64,000 nt of DNA from Iphione sp. A-MEVVRFRX5. Its lineage: Eukaryota. Below the pieces are notes generated by a model. That model did not search any database and was not told the DNA's origin. It saw only the letters and a list, made by a program, of their open reading frames with translations. Below are positions 34,086 through 47,900 of this stretch, piece by piece (the first letter of the stretch is position 1; each line of letters starts with the position of its first letter). The stretch covers positions 46,438,001 through 46,502,000 of the forward strand of contig OZ320321.1 of NCBI GenBank assembly GCA_976226885.1, written 5' to 3'. The translations under genes and the position numbers were made by a program.

Positions 34086-37000
34086 AGTAAAATATTTCCT
34101 TCATTGTTTTTGACTGATGAACACAGAGCACCAGCTTGGTGCTGAACATTGGCTGTATAGCAATGCAGGGGAAAACACTTACATATACAGCTGGAGTCCC
34201 TGGTAGGCTCCACAGAACCTGGTTGCACTCATTTGGGCAAAGAATTAACCACGTTCCACCCTATCTGATACATATATATATGGAGAGATGAAGAAAGAGA
34301 ACGGGAGAGAAGGGTGCTTGTGGGAGAAAGGGAGTGATGGGAGAGAGAAAGGTGGATGGAAGGAGAGAAGGGACGGAGCAAGAAGGGAGGCGAAAAAAAA
34401 GGTGCAATCTGAAGGAGTAAAAATCAAAGATACGAAGATGCCTCGTGGGCATGTATGGACATGCGAGAAACAATGGTAGGAAAACAAGAGAAATAGAGAA
34501 AGATTATACGCATGTAGATTACAGAGGTAGGGAGACAAAGGGAGACAGATGTACAATGACCATATATGGTGTGAAAAGGGATGAAAGACATAAATACGGG
34601 ACGGTGTAGGCGACCGTCACGTGATCTCAACATCTCCCTGTAATGGTTATATTGAAGTCGAGACAGCTGACTCACTGGGGACGCCCAGGCAACCTTCTTG
34701 TCCTTGATAGGATGTGCTGTAACCAGCAAAGGCTACTTGATGGGATGTCGATAATACACTCAGAGACCGGGGAAAGACCAGAAAGGGCAGGTATTAAAGA
34801 GAAGTAGGGGATGGGTAGAAGCTTGTTTTTATTTACTGATAGTCCTTGACTACACCTAGGCGATACGTGCCAGTTAATTTTACGTTACACACTGTTGTAA
34901 TAGCTCTCCGGTCCTAATGGTTTTTATTTAGTATGCGTAACAGCACCAAACGAAACAAGTTATTATTCACCACTATTTTGTTGATATGGATGGGTCTTTC
35001 CTTCTATTAACCTCGGCGTTAGAATTAACATGCATGTGGTTACAATAAAAGTACCAAAACAATTCAAAGGACAATAGAAACACAGCACCTGGACGTTAAA
35101 GTCCGGGAACCGATCCCATTGTACTGAAAGGTTATATTCCAGTGTCTTAGATAATTTCTCCAAAATTCTTCAAATTAGTAGCCTCACAAACCTAAGTCCC
35201 ACATAGTGTGTGTTTTCAAGTGACACGTGTGTGTACTGCACAGCTTCCCGTGAGCTTAAATGGGAGGGAAATCATGTTAATTTGCTTGTTTTTAACACGG
35301 AAAACAAGATCTGAAGTACGGTATAGAGTTTGGATCGCGCGATAACGTCTTTCGTCATGAAAATTCCCGATTTTTTCACAGGTACCTTTTAGGAGAAGCA
35401 TTTTGAACTATTATCGCATTAGCTTGAACAAAATACAAGTTTTTAGGTCTCGGCATGGCCGGCATCGTAGTGCAGTTTTGGACAATATATGTCTCCAGAT
35501 AGTTTTCTAAAAAAAACTCAGTTCGTGAGGTTTCGCACCATTATCATCTCCTATAACCATCAACTGGCCCCGTGACCAACTTGCCTCATCAACTCGTACT
35601 TTCCTGCCATTTCTGAATCCTTCCAAATTCTTTGTCCCTGTGCAGATTCAACTTGAAATTCACTCTAACACTGAATATATATGATTTATTATTACAGGTC
35701 AAGATATTTATGTTTGAAGATGGCGTGGTGCTACGTGGTGATGTAACAAGTTGTCAATGAAACGAGTTGGTTATGGTACGTCTGCCATAGTAGGAGTTGG
35801 TTATGGTGCAACTGACCCAATTAACATTGGAGAAAATCATATTAGCACAAGAATTACTTATTGTATTACTAGAATAAATGAAGGTATGCCTAGACGGTAG
35901 AGCTTAAGGATGCTTACCATAGAAAAACTATGTTGAGCTAGAGAACATGATGATGTACCAGTGTAAATGATGCTTGCACTAGAGTAAGTAATGCAAACAC
36001 TATAGTAGATGATTCTAATATAAAATGTTAACACTTCAGTGAAGGTGTTAGCACAGGAGTAACCTCCCAATCACCTCCACATTCCCACACCTCGGGTTGT
36101 TTCTTTTATACAGATTGTCTTCGAAGCTTTCTTGCCTTCTCTTTGCAAATGGCAAATTATCATGCATTTGTTGACCCATTCTTGAACTATCCATGTACAT
36201 GTACATACAGTGTATATGTACTTATAGATTTCACTGTTGAAAACAATTGGATCAGAAGAAGTTAAAAAGAGACAAAACCAAGAATTGTAGGCTCTACGCC
36301 TCCGTTTGGTATTTGACAAATATGACGGTCTGTGGTTTGATTGGACAGCATCCTTGAGGAAAGAGCGGCACCTCGACCGGGTGGTTAAATGCCTTGTCAC
36401 AAGGCGGCGTTGGCGTCGACCACTTCGTGGCGACCAGAACCCCTCTCAGTCGCGGCGGCAGGAGGTCTGTCCGTGTGGCCACGCAGCGAGCCGCGACCGT
36501 GGAGAGCAGTCAGGTGTAACGAGAGAGCCCACCACCATCTCCACCACTACTGCCGCCACCTGCACCACAGCCAGCAAGCGCTTCAACTGCACTACGGCTA
36601 CTACGGCCGCCAACTGGCAGCACCGGCGAGCTCTCCTTCACCCGTCCCCACCTGTCTGACTACACACCCATACCACCACCACCACCACCACGGCACGGGG
36701 CACGCCCCTTAACTGGAGGCCGCGGAGCAAAGAGTCCCGACAACTCGGTCCCCCTCTCAGAGCAGGAGCAGCGGCAGCAGCAGACGAGGCAGCGGAGACA
36801 AAAATATCCACGACTTGCCCTCAGGGGGATGATAGAGACAATGCTGTGGAGATCGGCAGACTTAAGCTCACCCCACGGCACCTGTTCTCTCAGTGCCGGC
36901 ATGACCAGGTCCTGATCGAAGGGGGATATACTTGGTAAGCACGGCCCGTCGCTACTACTAAAACTACTACCACCGCCGACGTTAGAATCGTCGGCGGACG

Positions 37001-37603
37001 AGGAGGAGGGCGAGGGGTGAAGAGGGGGGGTGCGTCGTGTGTGAAGGCAGGGAGTGCCCGGAGGAGATCACCCGACGACCACGGGGAAAGGGAGAATAAC
37101 TGAGAGAGTGACAGAGAAAGAAAGAAGATCACGCAGCCATACTCCTCTCATAGGCAGACACCGCGGTCATACACACTCTGTATGCAACCAAGCGGAGACA
37201 GGTCGTCCTCAAAGGGAAGGAGGAAGAGGTGGAGAGGTAGAGAGGTAGGAGGGTCGACCACACTACCCTCATCTGCTTGTTTCAAGTTCGTTGCTGACCT
37301 AGACAGGGCTACCCAGGAGCTGATATTTCCATGTTCAACAAAGACAACTCACCGGGTGTGGTGTTCGGTCGGTGAACTATCAAGTGATATATGTTTTCTA
37401 GATATACAAATTTACGATATTGGTGTATGAAAACAGCGGGTAAATCCCAGAAAACTGCACTTCGGTGTGAGCACGACAATCACGAGAAGGAAGTAACTAC
37501 GCCTTTGAGTAACAAAGAGATAGTGTATGTTACAGTGAAGGAGTTATCAGGGTAGTAACCTGGAATCACATCACGTCAGGCCGTACAGGCCCTAAAACTG
37601 AGA

Positions 37604-37694
37604 ATGCCCAAGGAGATCATCAGCCCCACCATGTGGGCAACACCAAGACTGTTACGAAAACTGGGAGTACTCTATTTGCTGCTGCATATTGCAG
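37604..37694 (+). CDS. candidate first exon encoding a signal peptide of an unidentified secreted or membrane protein
   Basis: MPKEIISPTMWATPRLLRKLGVLYLLLHIA is followed by a CAG|GTGAGT phase-1 donor. The second ATG (37631) has a CCACCATG context. Downstream exons were not identified. Confidence 0.5.
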
Positions 37695-39806
37695 GTGAGT
37701 CTGAATGGAATACGTGTCGACACTGACAATGAATGGTTCCTTCCTATACATGTATATTTAACTCATCAATTGTCTTCTTGTGAATATATTCAAGTAATGT
37801 CACTGTCACAATCGATGGTTTGTTCTCGCTACTGATAATTGATATGAGCCTTCAGATTTATGTTGCTTCCTTGTGAATTCATGCAAGGAGGTAACTTCAA
37901 AGAAAATAGCTAAGAGCGTTTCGCCAGTGGAGACAGGGAAGCAATACGTTTTCTGCGCAGATTTTCCTGTGATACAGAAATTGCTTGACAGGGAGCAGGA
38001 AAGTTATCAACCATATGTAAAACATGAGAAATTGGGCTTTAGACCGTTGACAACTGGAAGCCCCCTAAAAGCATAAAAAAACTACTGTAGCTTTAAACAG
38101 AAAGAGCATGGCACACAAAGAATGTGAAGAGGACACTCACATATCTCGGGGCATAACTTAACATTGTGCTTGTATGTAATTTTAGGCCAACGGGGCTAAA
38201 GATCTAGTTTAAATCCAGACCATATCCCAGAAGATTTACATTCAGCATGGCTCCCTACATGTCAAGCTGACAGGGCACGGGCACCACACCATGTCCCACA
38301 GTTTTTACGTTATTCTAAGGTGTAGTGCTAGCCGATAGGTTCGGAGACTCAGTCAAGGTGCACATCATGTCCCTAATGATTTACATTATGTATTGCTTAC
38401 ATGTAATTTTCGACCACAGAGATAGATTCTTTCAATCTACACCGAGTCCTATATATCTGTATATTTGTGGAAAGTTTTCATCCAAGGGGCTAAGGATTCA
38501 ATCGAGATCCACACTATGTCCCACAAGATTTACGCTATGCATCCATGTAAATTTGGCCCACGTGGCTAGACATCCAGTCGACATCCATATTGTGTCTCTG
38601 TCTGTGCTAGTCCACTTCATGATATGTTTAGCTAAAAGCACTGTACAAGGTGCGGGAAGGTCAACATGGAACTTTGCAATCCCGAACGAGTACATGCATG
38701 CAGCTAATGCAAGTACACAGTCAGAGAAACACGATGCGCCACGTTCGGTTAGTTTGTATAAAAGAAAACTGGAAGGGTTGAAAATGTGAGGCAGTCGATG
38801 ATTTTTTTACATCGGAATATATCTACAGTAACAACTCAGAAAAAGGACCACTAATAAGATCAGACAATTCTACCCTTGTATCTACATGTGTGCTTCATCT
38901 GGATTTAAGACACTGCTTTGTGTACCTCAAACTTTGCACAACCTATACTGATAAAATGAAATGGTTGTGGATCTGGAGACAAGCGCACTATAAGTAAAAT
39001 TCAGCAGTACGTACTTAATTGTCTTTGGTTGGGGGCTTTTCTACAGTCTCAAGTTTACCCACAGGCAGCTGCAGCTCAGTAGAGCGTGTCTCCAGCGTGA
39101 CCTGCCAATAATGAGGGCTGCTTCATATGTATATATCCGTGAATATGTTTTCTACCTGGGTTGCAACAGGAAGGTGGACCACACGCTAGTAACCTACATG
39201 CACATGTGCAATACTTTCGTTGTAGTAAACCTTTAATGTCCCCCGTACGGGGAACGGGAAGAGTAAGACACCTGTTAATTATGGGTATTTTTAATGCATT
39301 TTTATTTCTGAATGTTTAACGAGGTTTTCACACCTCTTACATATGAATGGTAGTGGCGATTGTGGCGACCCTTTCATTCTGAAGCTCGAGTAGACGGAAG
39401 ACTATAAGTGGATCTTCCAGCTTGTGGAAGGAGTCCCTTTTCAAATAAAGTGGGTTCCTTTGAGGAAGGGGAGGCAGCCGTTCTGTTTCCTGCTATCTTC
39501 ATCTGTGCGTCTATCTCACTGTCTTTGGCTGCGCATCTGTCTCTCTGGCTGGCTCTGTCTGTACCATGTTGTTCTGCCTCTGTCTATATTCATGCTTTTC
39601 TATCCTTCTTAGCCCTTTCTTTCGGGACCCTTTGCAGCATCTTACGCTAGTACATGTAATTCCGACAGATATATAGCAGTCACATGCTCTGTGAAAGAGG
39701 TTGGGTGGCCCACACACCAAAGGACTCCTGCCCTGTGGTTAGAGGTCTTCGTGTTATGGAGGGGGCACCAAGATCTGGTACAAGTTGCCCTCTACCTCAC
39801 CAACAG

Positions 39807-39820
39807 GCGCCCTCTGGTGT
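39807..39820 (-). promoter_or_regulatory. CTCF-like motif
   Basis: The reverse complement ACACCAGAGGGCGC is a near-consensus match. Motif only. Confidence 0.3.
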
Positions 39821-40026
39821 TGTTGTAGGTGAAGGGTAGATATAAGGGGGGGGGGCGCAGGAGGTATCCGGTTGTGAGGCGGAGGACAGGTGAAGTGGGA
39901 TACTTGTCAATGTTGCATGTCACGTGATCTGCCTTGACGAAATCATGCATGGTTTAACACGTGGGCCTGGGTCAGCTCAGGTAGAATATGGATAACGTGT
40001 GCAAGCGGTGCGAGGTCCACATAAAT

Positions 40027-40215
40027 GACATGAAACTTTCTCATGAAAAGTTAGACAAGCCTTGACCGGTTATCCGCATGATATATTCATATGTGACTGA
40101 AGTATTGCAACATGAAACCATCTCATGATAGATCAGACACATCTTGACCAATTATTCTTAACATGCATGTACATTCATAGGTGACTGAAAGATCACTATA
40201 TGAAACTTTCTCATG
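40027..40215 (+). repeat. diverged ~85-bp tandem repeat (2-3 copies)
   Basis: ATGAAAC(TT/CA)TCTCATG and CAT(AT/AG)GTGACTGAA recur. Confidence 0.6.
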
Positions 40216-41867
40216 GAAGGTCAGAATCTATTTGATACTTTCTTGTGAAAGACCAGGGCTGCCTTGACTAAATATCCTTTTTTCTAGCACGTTTGCAGAC
40301 AGCTTATTTATGGTGGAACTTGGAAATTTGTAACAATTGTAAAGCGTAGTGACCAAGAATGTGAAAAACCTGTAACAATGCACAAAGGTCAGCTTCACTC
40401 TTTTCACTTAACGACATGCAGGGCTCGATTGCACATAGAATAATGAAACATATACATGTACATGTAGTTGCATTCTCTGTTCCAGGGATACTATTATTTT
40501 AAGCTAGTGTTTATATACACTTATCATGATGACAGCATTGAGAGCATAAGGCATCGTTTAATGTGTGTGTGTCTGTCTGTGCCTCTCTCTCTTATCATGC
40601 AGACCCTTGAGGAGGGGATTTTGTTCAATATTTGCCCATGCTGGTACGTCTAAACAGGTCAAGCAACGGCTTAAGAACCATCTCTGAGGGTGACGGAGGG
40701 GGGCGTCGGAAGGGCTGGGCGGTTGTTGTAAAATACAGGCACTTCGAGACATTTTGGCGTATATGCTGCGCAACCCCAAAATTAGAATCAGCTCCAGACT
40801 TGCATTCAACCAGGTCTGAATTGACGTCAGGAGAGAGGGGGGGGGGGGGCAGGTTGGTAGTAGGGACAGGTTGGAGGGTGGTAGGTTTAACGCTGGTCGT
40901 TTCCACGATGTCAAGTGTATCAAAAATAGAGCCTTTTGTGTCCGCCTAAGACCGCGTCGGTAATTGGTTCTATGCCAAGGGATGTATATGTGTAATCACG
41001 TTCAGTAAGAACTGTTTCTTTAAGTAATCATAGGAAAACCCATAAATTGAAATAGCCAGGCAGCAAAGCTTTGTATGCATACACGTCCACAGGTCCGCAC
41101 CTAGCCGTGTGTCGGGAGGGGGCTCGTTTTAGGGTCAGATGGAACTATTGGATGAATATATGACTTTATTTAATCATTGTTTACAGTATTTCTATTCGTT
41201 AACACAGTAAATGACATATAAAGCCTGAAATTTCTGCTTTTTCATTTGGTATTTCATATTGATGGTATTTAGGCGGAGCGGAGCTGCTCTGTGGGGTAAT
41301 TTGAGCGAACACGCCAAACCCTGTGTTGGTGCATATGGATAAAAGAAAATGGGAGAAATAAGTACATGTATGTGGGGCTATATTTTGATACAATTACGAA
41401 ATTAAACAATACATTACTTATGAACGGAACGGTAGAACGTCATGACTGAGGATACCCCGACAGGAGACATCCTTAGATTGAAGACATTTTTGGCTAGAAC
41501 AGCATCGCATTTTAGCCTTGCAGGGTACCACCTAGGGCTGGGGACAACTCCTACATGGAGACACTCTCAATCAGAACCGAGGTGTACCCAATTGTGAGAT
41601 TTTACTGTACTTAATCAGCATAGTGTAAGAATCCTCACTTTTGATTTCGAGGGAACCAAGCATGTACGTGAACTTCTTATCTCACGGACTGTTTCTGGAG
41701 TTCTTTCATTTCTCTGGCATCAACCACCGGACTAGCAAGGATCACAGGAAATTAACTTTGACCTTTCAGAGGAGTAATTTGAACTCTGACCCAATATTGA
41801 CCTAATTACACATATAACCTTGCTCAGTAATATCAATATGCCTAACCCATATCATAAGTAGAAACAC

Positions 41868-41908
41868 CACTCCTGAAGAAGGGAAGCAACTCCCCGAGAC
41901 GTTGAGCA
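41868..41908 (+). ncRNA. degenerate Penelope-type minimal hammerhead ribozyme (pLTR remnant)
   Basis: CTC-CTGAAGA-A-GGGA(agcaac)TCCC-C-GAGAC-GTT-GAG, followed by AATAAA at 41925. The core GAAA is mutated to GAGA. Confidence 0.45.
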
Positions 41909-44900
41909 TTGTAACACTATCAGAAATAAAGCTAACCTGACAACAATAGACTTGGGACCTTGGGTTTTGTTTGATAATTTCATTCACACAGAAACTTATT
42001 TTTCTTTTCTTAAACGTTGGCCTTGACAATTTAGTAACGGTAAGAACACGAAGGCCGTTAACTGTGCGTGACGTTTTTTTTCTAAGTGGCATCTAGCTGT
42101 TTTTCCCTATTTCACGATTGAAGGCTATGAATTCCTTTGTGCTCTTGATAAAATAACAACAACAAAAATCAAACATAGACCTTGAAACACTGACTGAGTG
42201 GAGCATGGTGGAAGAATACCAAGAAGACCCTCGCTCTTTGTAGTGAGGTATGATTGGTCATGTGACCGAAAATAGACGACAGTTTCTCCTCAATTATCAC
42301 TCATTGCTGTCCAGTCGTCTCCGTTCTTGAGTAAATAGTACCCATATTTTCCATTCCGCTGCTACCAATGTATTTTCTTCATTTTCAGTCGTCACGCCGA
42401 AACACACCAGTGACGCATGAGCTTTTGTATCTCTGAAGTCGTTTTTATTTCCCACTGTCTCGTTTTTTGTCTCTCGTTATCACTTTGATGCTTGACTTTG
42501 GAGCCATCGTGGGACAGCAATAGACACAAACATGGCGGATGCGAAGCGTTTCAGACGGACATGCGCAAATAATCTTATTTATGAAAATATTTTCAGTATT
42601 GACTCAGGCGGATCAAAAGATCCCGTCCAGCCTGTGCCATCCATGTCAGATACACTACGTGTGTTTATTTGATGGCTTGAGCTCTTCCAGAGACAGCAGT
42701 GTCCATCTTTCCTCCCGAGCACCCATCGCCGAGTGAATGGGAATGAGCATGCACGAGGGCAGATTACCTTCTCCATCGGTCCACCGACTAAATCAAAGAG
42801 ACCACAGAAAACAGCCAGTGTTCCGCCTCACTCGCCGGCAACTTAAAAATACCGTTTGCATTTCTCTGCCTTTGCACAAACATCATCGCCAAACAGGAAA
42901 ACAGAGAATAGTTCGCGAAAGTAAACTTCTGTTGCATTTCTTCGAGTGTCAACATTTAGGAATATGACAAGGAGAAGGAGACAGAAAGTTCTGAGGTAGA
43001 AAAAAATCGCAAAACGGACCGAAAGATATAACGGACAGCAACACGTTTCTTAATTCTTATGGAGCATTTTACAATGACATTAATATTATAGGTTACCTGG
43101 ACGAAGCAAACCTACACCTGCAACTTCGAGTGGGGGAACTCAGGTCTACATAACAGCTCCAAATGCCATTAATGAATTCTTGTCACCTTGATTGTATCAG
43201 TAAAACTCCTTCGATGAAGTCAGAATAATTCAAATTTCCATCGTATTTGTAGGAAAAACAAGCGCCATTAAGTGACTGTTTTGTATGGAACAAACGCCCC
43301 GCAAGTCTCCTTGAGTCACGGACGTAAAATATAACGCGTGTATAATCACCCCTCCCCCCTCCCTCCACCCCATATTGAGAGCCAAACGCCTTCTAAGGAG
43401 ACCTACCAGAACAGATTGGCGAAATCAGACGTTATTTGATATCAGTCCGTCCGTATAATGGCCTCAACATTACAGTTAGTGATACTATGTACAGTTAGGG
43501 ATACTATGTCAATAGCTAGAAGCTACATGGTCTTCTGGTGGGGTAAAGATTGCTTACAACGAGTTGTCCTCAACTGCCCTTCGACCCAAAGCGGAGAAGC
43601 CTGAACGTGGTATAGTTCAGGAGTCATTTATCACTTTCAAACATGCTGGACACAACCGGTTTGACTACCTACAATTATACATTGCCCAACAATGAATGGT
43701 GACCCGCATGAAGGATATTGATTAACTACTAATCTATGTACTTTCTTGGCAATACATCACCTTAGACGCCAACCGAGACCTAATCATCGAGAAATCTGTA
43801 CTGAGTCACAAGTAATCAATGAAGATATGCAGGGCTTGTAAGACAGTGACTTGAGGTTGATTATAGGAGGCGGTATAATTTAACGTACTGGTCGTCTACA
43901 TCAATATTCCACATAGGCAGGTGCGAACTCAACTTTCTAAGAACTTTGACCAGGGCTTAGTTTGAAAAGGAAGGCATGTTGGTCACCTGTTTCGAAATGT
44001 ATGTAGTAAGGGCCAAAAGAGTTGACCCACACTCAAAAAGTTGACCTGTTGTCACGGGATTAGCGTTTGTCTCGTCTCCTGTAACATACATGTATGTGGC
44101 AATCAACTGGCTGGATACTTCAAGAGTGAACCTGCATATGTCAATATTCCACATGGATAAAGTTCAAATATAGTTGTGTACTTCAACATTGGAGACTCAT
44201 TCATCAACATTCCTCCTTGGTAAAAGATTCAGCTGGTCATGGTCTTCAAAACTGAAGCTGCACATAGCCACGTCATACATAAGTAAGATATAAACGGCCA
44301 TGTACTGAATTTCGAAGGTCCCATACCCAAACATTTCACAAAGGTACGAATTATCTAGTCGTAAATATGGACGGTACCTCTCAACAACTGCTCTTAAAAA
44401 TCTGTTCAAATCGGAAAGTGTCAAAAAAAGCTTACCTCCAAGGATGGTGTTTTTCACATAAGTATAATACAATTTACTTGGCAAGAGCCAGCGAAACACT
44501 TTGTATCCGCCGTTACGCATATGCACACACGTATAAGGCTTTTATTAAAAGTACATTTGGTGGAGCCATGGAAGCAAAGTACAGGATAGAAGATCGGCGT
44601 CCGTTCAAAAAAAATCCGATAGAAAACAGTAGGGAGGAGGGCGTATAGCGGAAAGGCGATAAAACCGTCGTAAAGGTGCTGTCCCGTTTAGCAGTTCACG
44701 AAGATTTACAAGATTAGCATAATCAAAAGACATTGACGACTTTCTGCAGAAATAACTTGGAGGTAATAAAAGATTTTGCGAGCGCTTCATAAAAAAGGAA
44801 GGAAAGTGTTAAAACAAGGACCCATTTACTCCGTCCTATGAAGCCGCTCAAGAAAACCAGTGAAGCAGTAATTTGAAAATAATGATTGCAAATTATGAAT

Positions 44901-47900
44901 CGTTATTTATCGACAGACTAATAACAAATCCTAATGTTTGCAACTGTGATTACTTTCTGGAGAAAACGGACCAATTATAGCTGTTCATTGGAACGTCGAT
45001 CCAGTGTTTCTACTTTTGTTGTTGCCCATTTCCTAGTTTTGAGAAAAACATTTTGAAGGTCTTTTCTTCGCCATTGAACTAAAAGGATTAAGTCCCTTTT
45101 CTTCCAGTTAGGTTTCCAAATGCCTACCAATCACAGATCGGTCGTTATGATTGAACGGTTGACCTTCCTTCTATTGATTGGCAACTGAAATTGTGCCGAA
45201 GTTTGTATAAAGGAAAATGGGCAATGATGACTATTTTTCTACCACGACGGAATGTTTTCTTAAAACACTTATGACAGCCTGACTATTGGTAAACACGCCG
45301 ACACGGCCAGTTCGAAAATAAGTGATCATTCTTCGTGGTTTTATAACTTTTCCCTTCACGGACATGCGCATTGCTTGGTTCCTTCGGGGAAGTCTGTGGG
45401 GGACTTTACCGACAAAAAACAAGGCTGACATGATATTGTCAGTTTGGTTTGAAGATCTAGAAATTTCGCAATTTGGAGGTGTCACGTTGGTAACATTGGT
45501 GGGGGCTAAGACTTGTTCGGTATCAGTATTTCACCAGTCGATAAGATGAACATTCCTTTCCTTTTCAATATTTGCAAGGTCAGCGTAATTTATCAAATAG
45601 GACCGCTATCTCGCGGTATTCATTTTCATTTGGGGGAAATTACCCCCAATCCTTTGTTATTTGCCGAACGATTTCGCATATAATGATATTGCTATTTTCT
45701 TTCAAAGAGCGAGTGCGTTTGACATAGATCATTTAAATACATTTAATAGAGACCGAAATGTCGGGTCAACAGGAAGAGGGACGTTCGGAGCCTCAGGGCT
45801 TCCTCGAAGGTTTATTTAAAATAACACATAGAATTAGAGCAGATGAGTGCTTTCGAATACAGCTTTATATTCAGAGAATGCTGCTCCTCCACCCACCCAA
45901 CCCTCCCCCTACCTTGCTTTCAGAAGAGCAAGAGCTGACGTGGTTAGAGAGTTCCCCAGCAGCTAGAGAGCAATCTAACGGTGCGCATGAGGACAACATG
46001 GCAAAGCGGGGGGGGGACGACGGCTAGAGGCTAGTGTAATTTAGGAGAGTCACGTGACAGGCCGCCTTTGAAAAGAAGCCCTCAAGACAGAAGCGCGTCG
46101 GAAAAATTTAAAGAGTTGAAACAGAATTTTCGCTCGATTCGTCTATTTTCGTCCCTTGTCTAAACAGGCCTGGCGAATTGGTGATATTGCTGGTTATTGG
46201 AATTGTCAGGCACGGAGTTAGCTTTAAATGAAATGTATACACATACTCATTGGGGCCACACACTTGCCTGAAGACCAGTCCCTTGAAAATGTCCTGCAAT
46301 TTCCGGAAAATAACATTTCAAAGAAACAAAGAGTACATGGACATAAATATAGTATTCTACTTATGTCAGGCAGACCAACATCAAGAAGAAAGTAACATAT
46401 GCATGGACGGGCTCAGACATTGCTTTTTAGGAGAGACCGGAAAGATCCACTTTATATAAGAGAGGGGCAAATATATACATTGTGCATGAGGAAGAAAACA
46501 CATTGTGTATAAATGAGACATCAAAAGATGCACTATGCATATGGGAGACTATACTATATTCCGTGTAGAAGAGAAGGACAAATATGTACATTGTGTATAC
46601 GGGAGAGAGCAACACGTACAGCTTATATAAAAGAGAGACCAATATATACATTACATATACATGTACTGTGTGCCTGACATGCCGTGAAGTGAAATGTTCA
46701 TGTATTGATTACGATTTGGCATAAAAGAAAATGCCTTTTAGTTAATAATAAACTGGACTTAACATACTCAAACTGATAATTGCTGTAGATAGGGTCAGTA
46801 CTTTGGTCACAATTTCAAAAAAATAAAAGCACATTAGATGACCGGAAAAAAATATAATCAGGCTTCAATAATAATCCTAGTGAAAACAAATATGGCGACC
46901 TCTATATTGTTATGTGATCAAATTTGTCGATAGCTTGGACACGGTTTAGTAGGCATAGGCCTCCAGGAGTTCAGAGGTAAAAGGGGGGGGGGGTATTCGT
47001 CATTTCCATTTGAATTGAAAGCAACAGATGCAGTTGTTGTTGATGGCACCTGGTGCTTAGTTACTACACCTGTGACCGTGGACCCCGGAGGGAAAGGACG
47101 CTACCTACCCTGCCACCTCATTGGTCCCTGGACGCCATCAACTGGCACCTCGCTGTTTCACCCCCGCCCATTATTCTCGCCCTTTAACGCCGCTGAACGG
47201 GAAGCATATGTCGCCGTTGCTTGTCCCTTACGTCCGTCCTAATTTCGGAAATCCATAAAGTATTCATAGCTCCGTAAGGGGCCACTCGCTCGCCGAATTT
47301 GGACAACATTTGGTGCGTAAAGCCAACGGATTTCCCTCGCACACTAGCTAGAATATACGATCTGTTGGTTAGGCACGGGCGAGGACCAAATACAGTAGGA
47401 ACTCAGAATGCTATGTGAATATATTATTTTAGAGAAATGTGGCCTTAATTCTGAGTTACTCTCGTAGTTATGTTGTCCACAGGGTAAGTTGCTATTGTAT
47501 CGGTGGCCTTGTCATGAGTGTTTTGGAAAACATTTCAGGGAAAGGCCCTCTGACGAACTTGACATTAAACACACACTAGCTATTCATGCTGGTGTTCTTG
47601 CTTGTGGTTTCTTATTAGGTGTCATGTCAACTTTTGCTGAAAGCCTTGACGCCATGACACCACCTCCCATCTCCCCTCTACCGCCCTGATAGCACGCCCC
47701 CTCCCGCCGCCTCAACCTCCCAACCGCGCTCCTCCGCCGCCGTCACCCCACCTTTCTCGAATGTTTTTGTTATTCAGAGGTGAGCTTTCACTCTTCATCT
47801 AAGTATATTCATACTGTGATTTTTTAATACGGCGGACGTTACAAAGGCAGGCCAAGCGGCGTTTAATATCAACGATTACCATGATAAATTCTTGGTCTCA

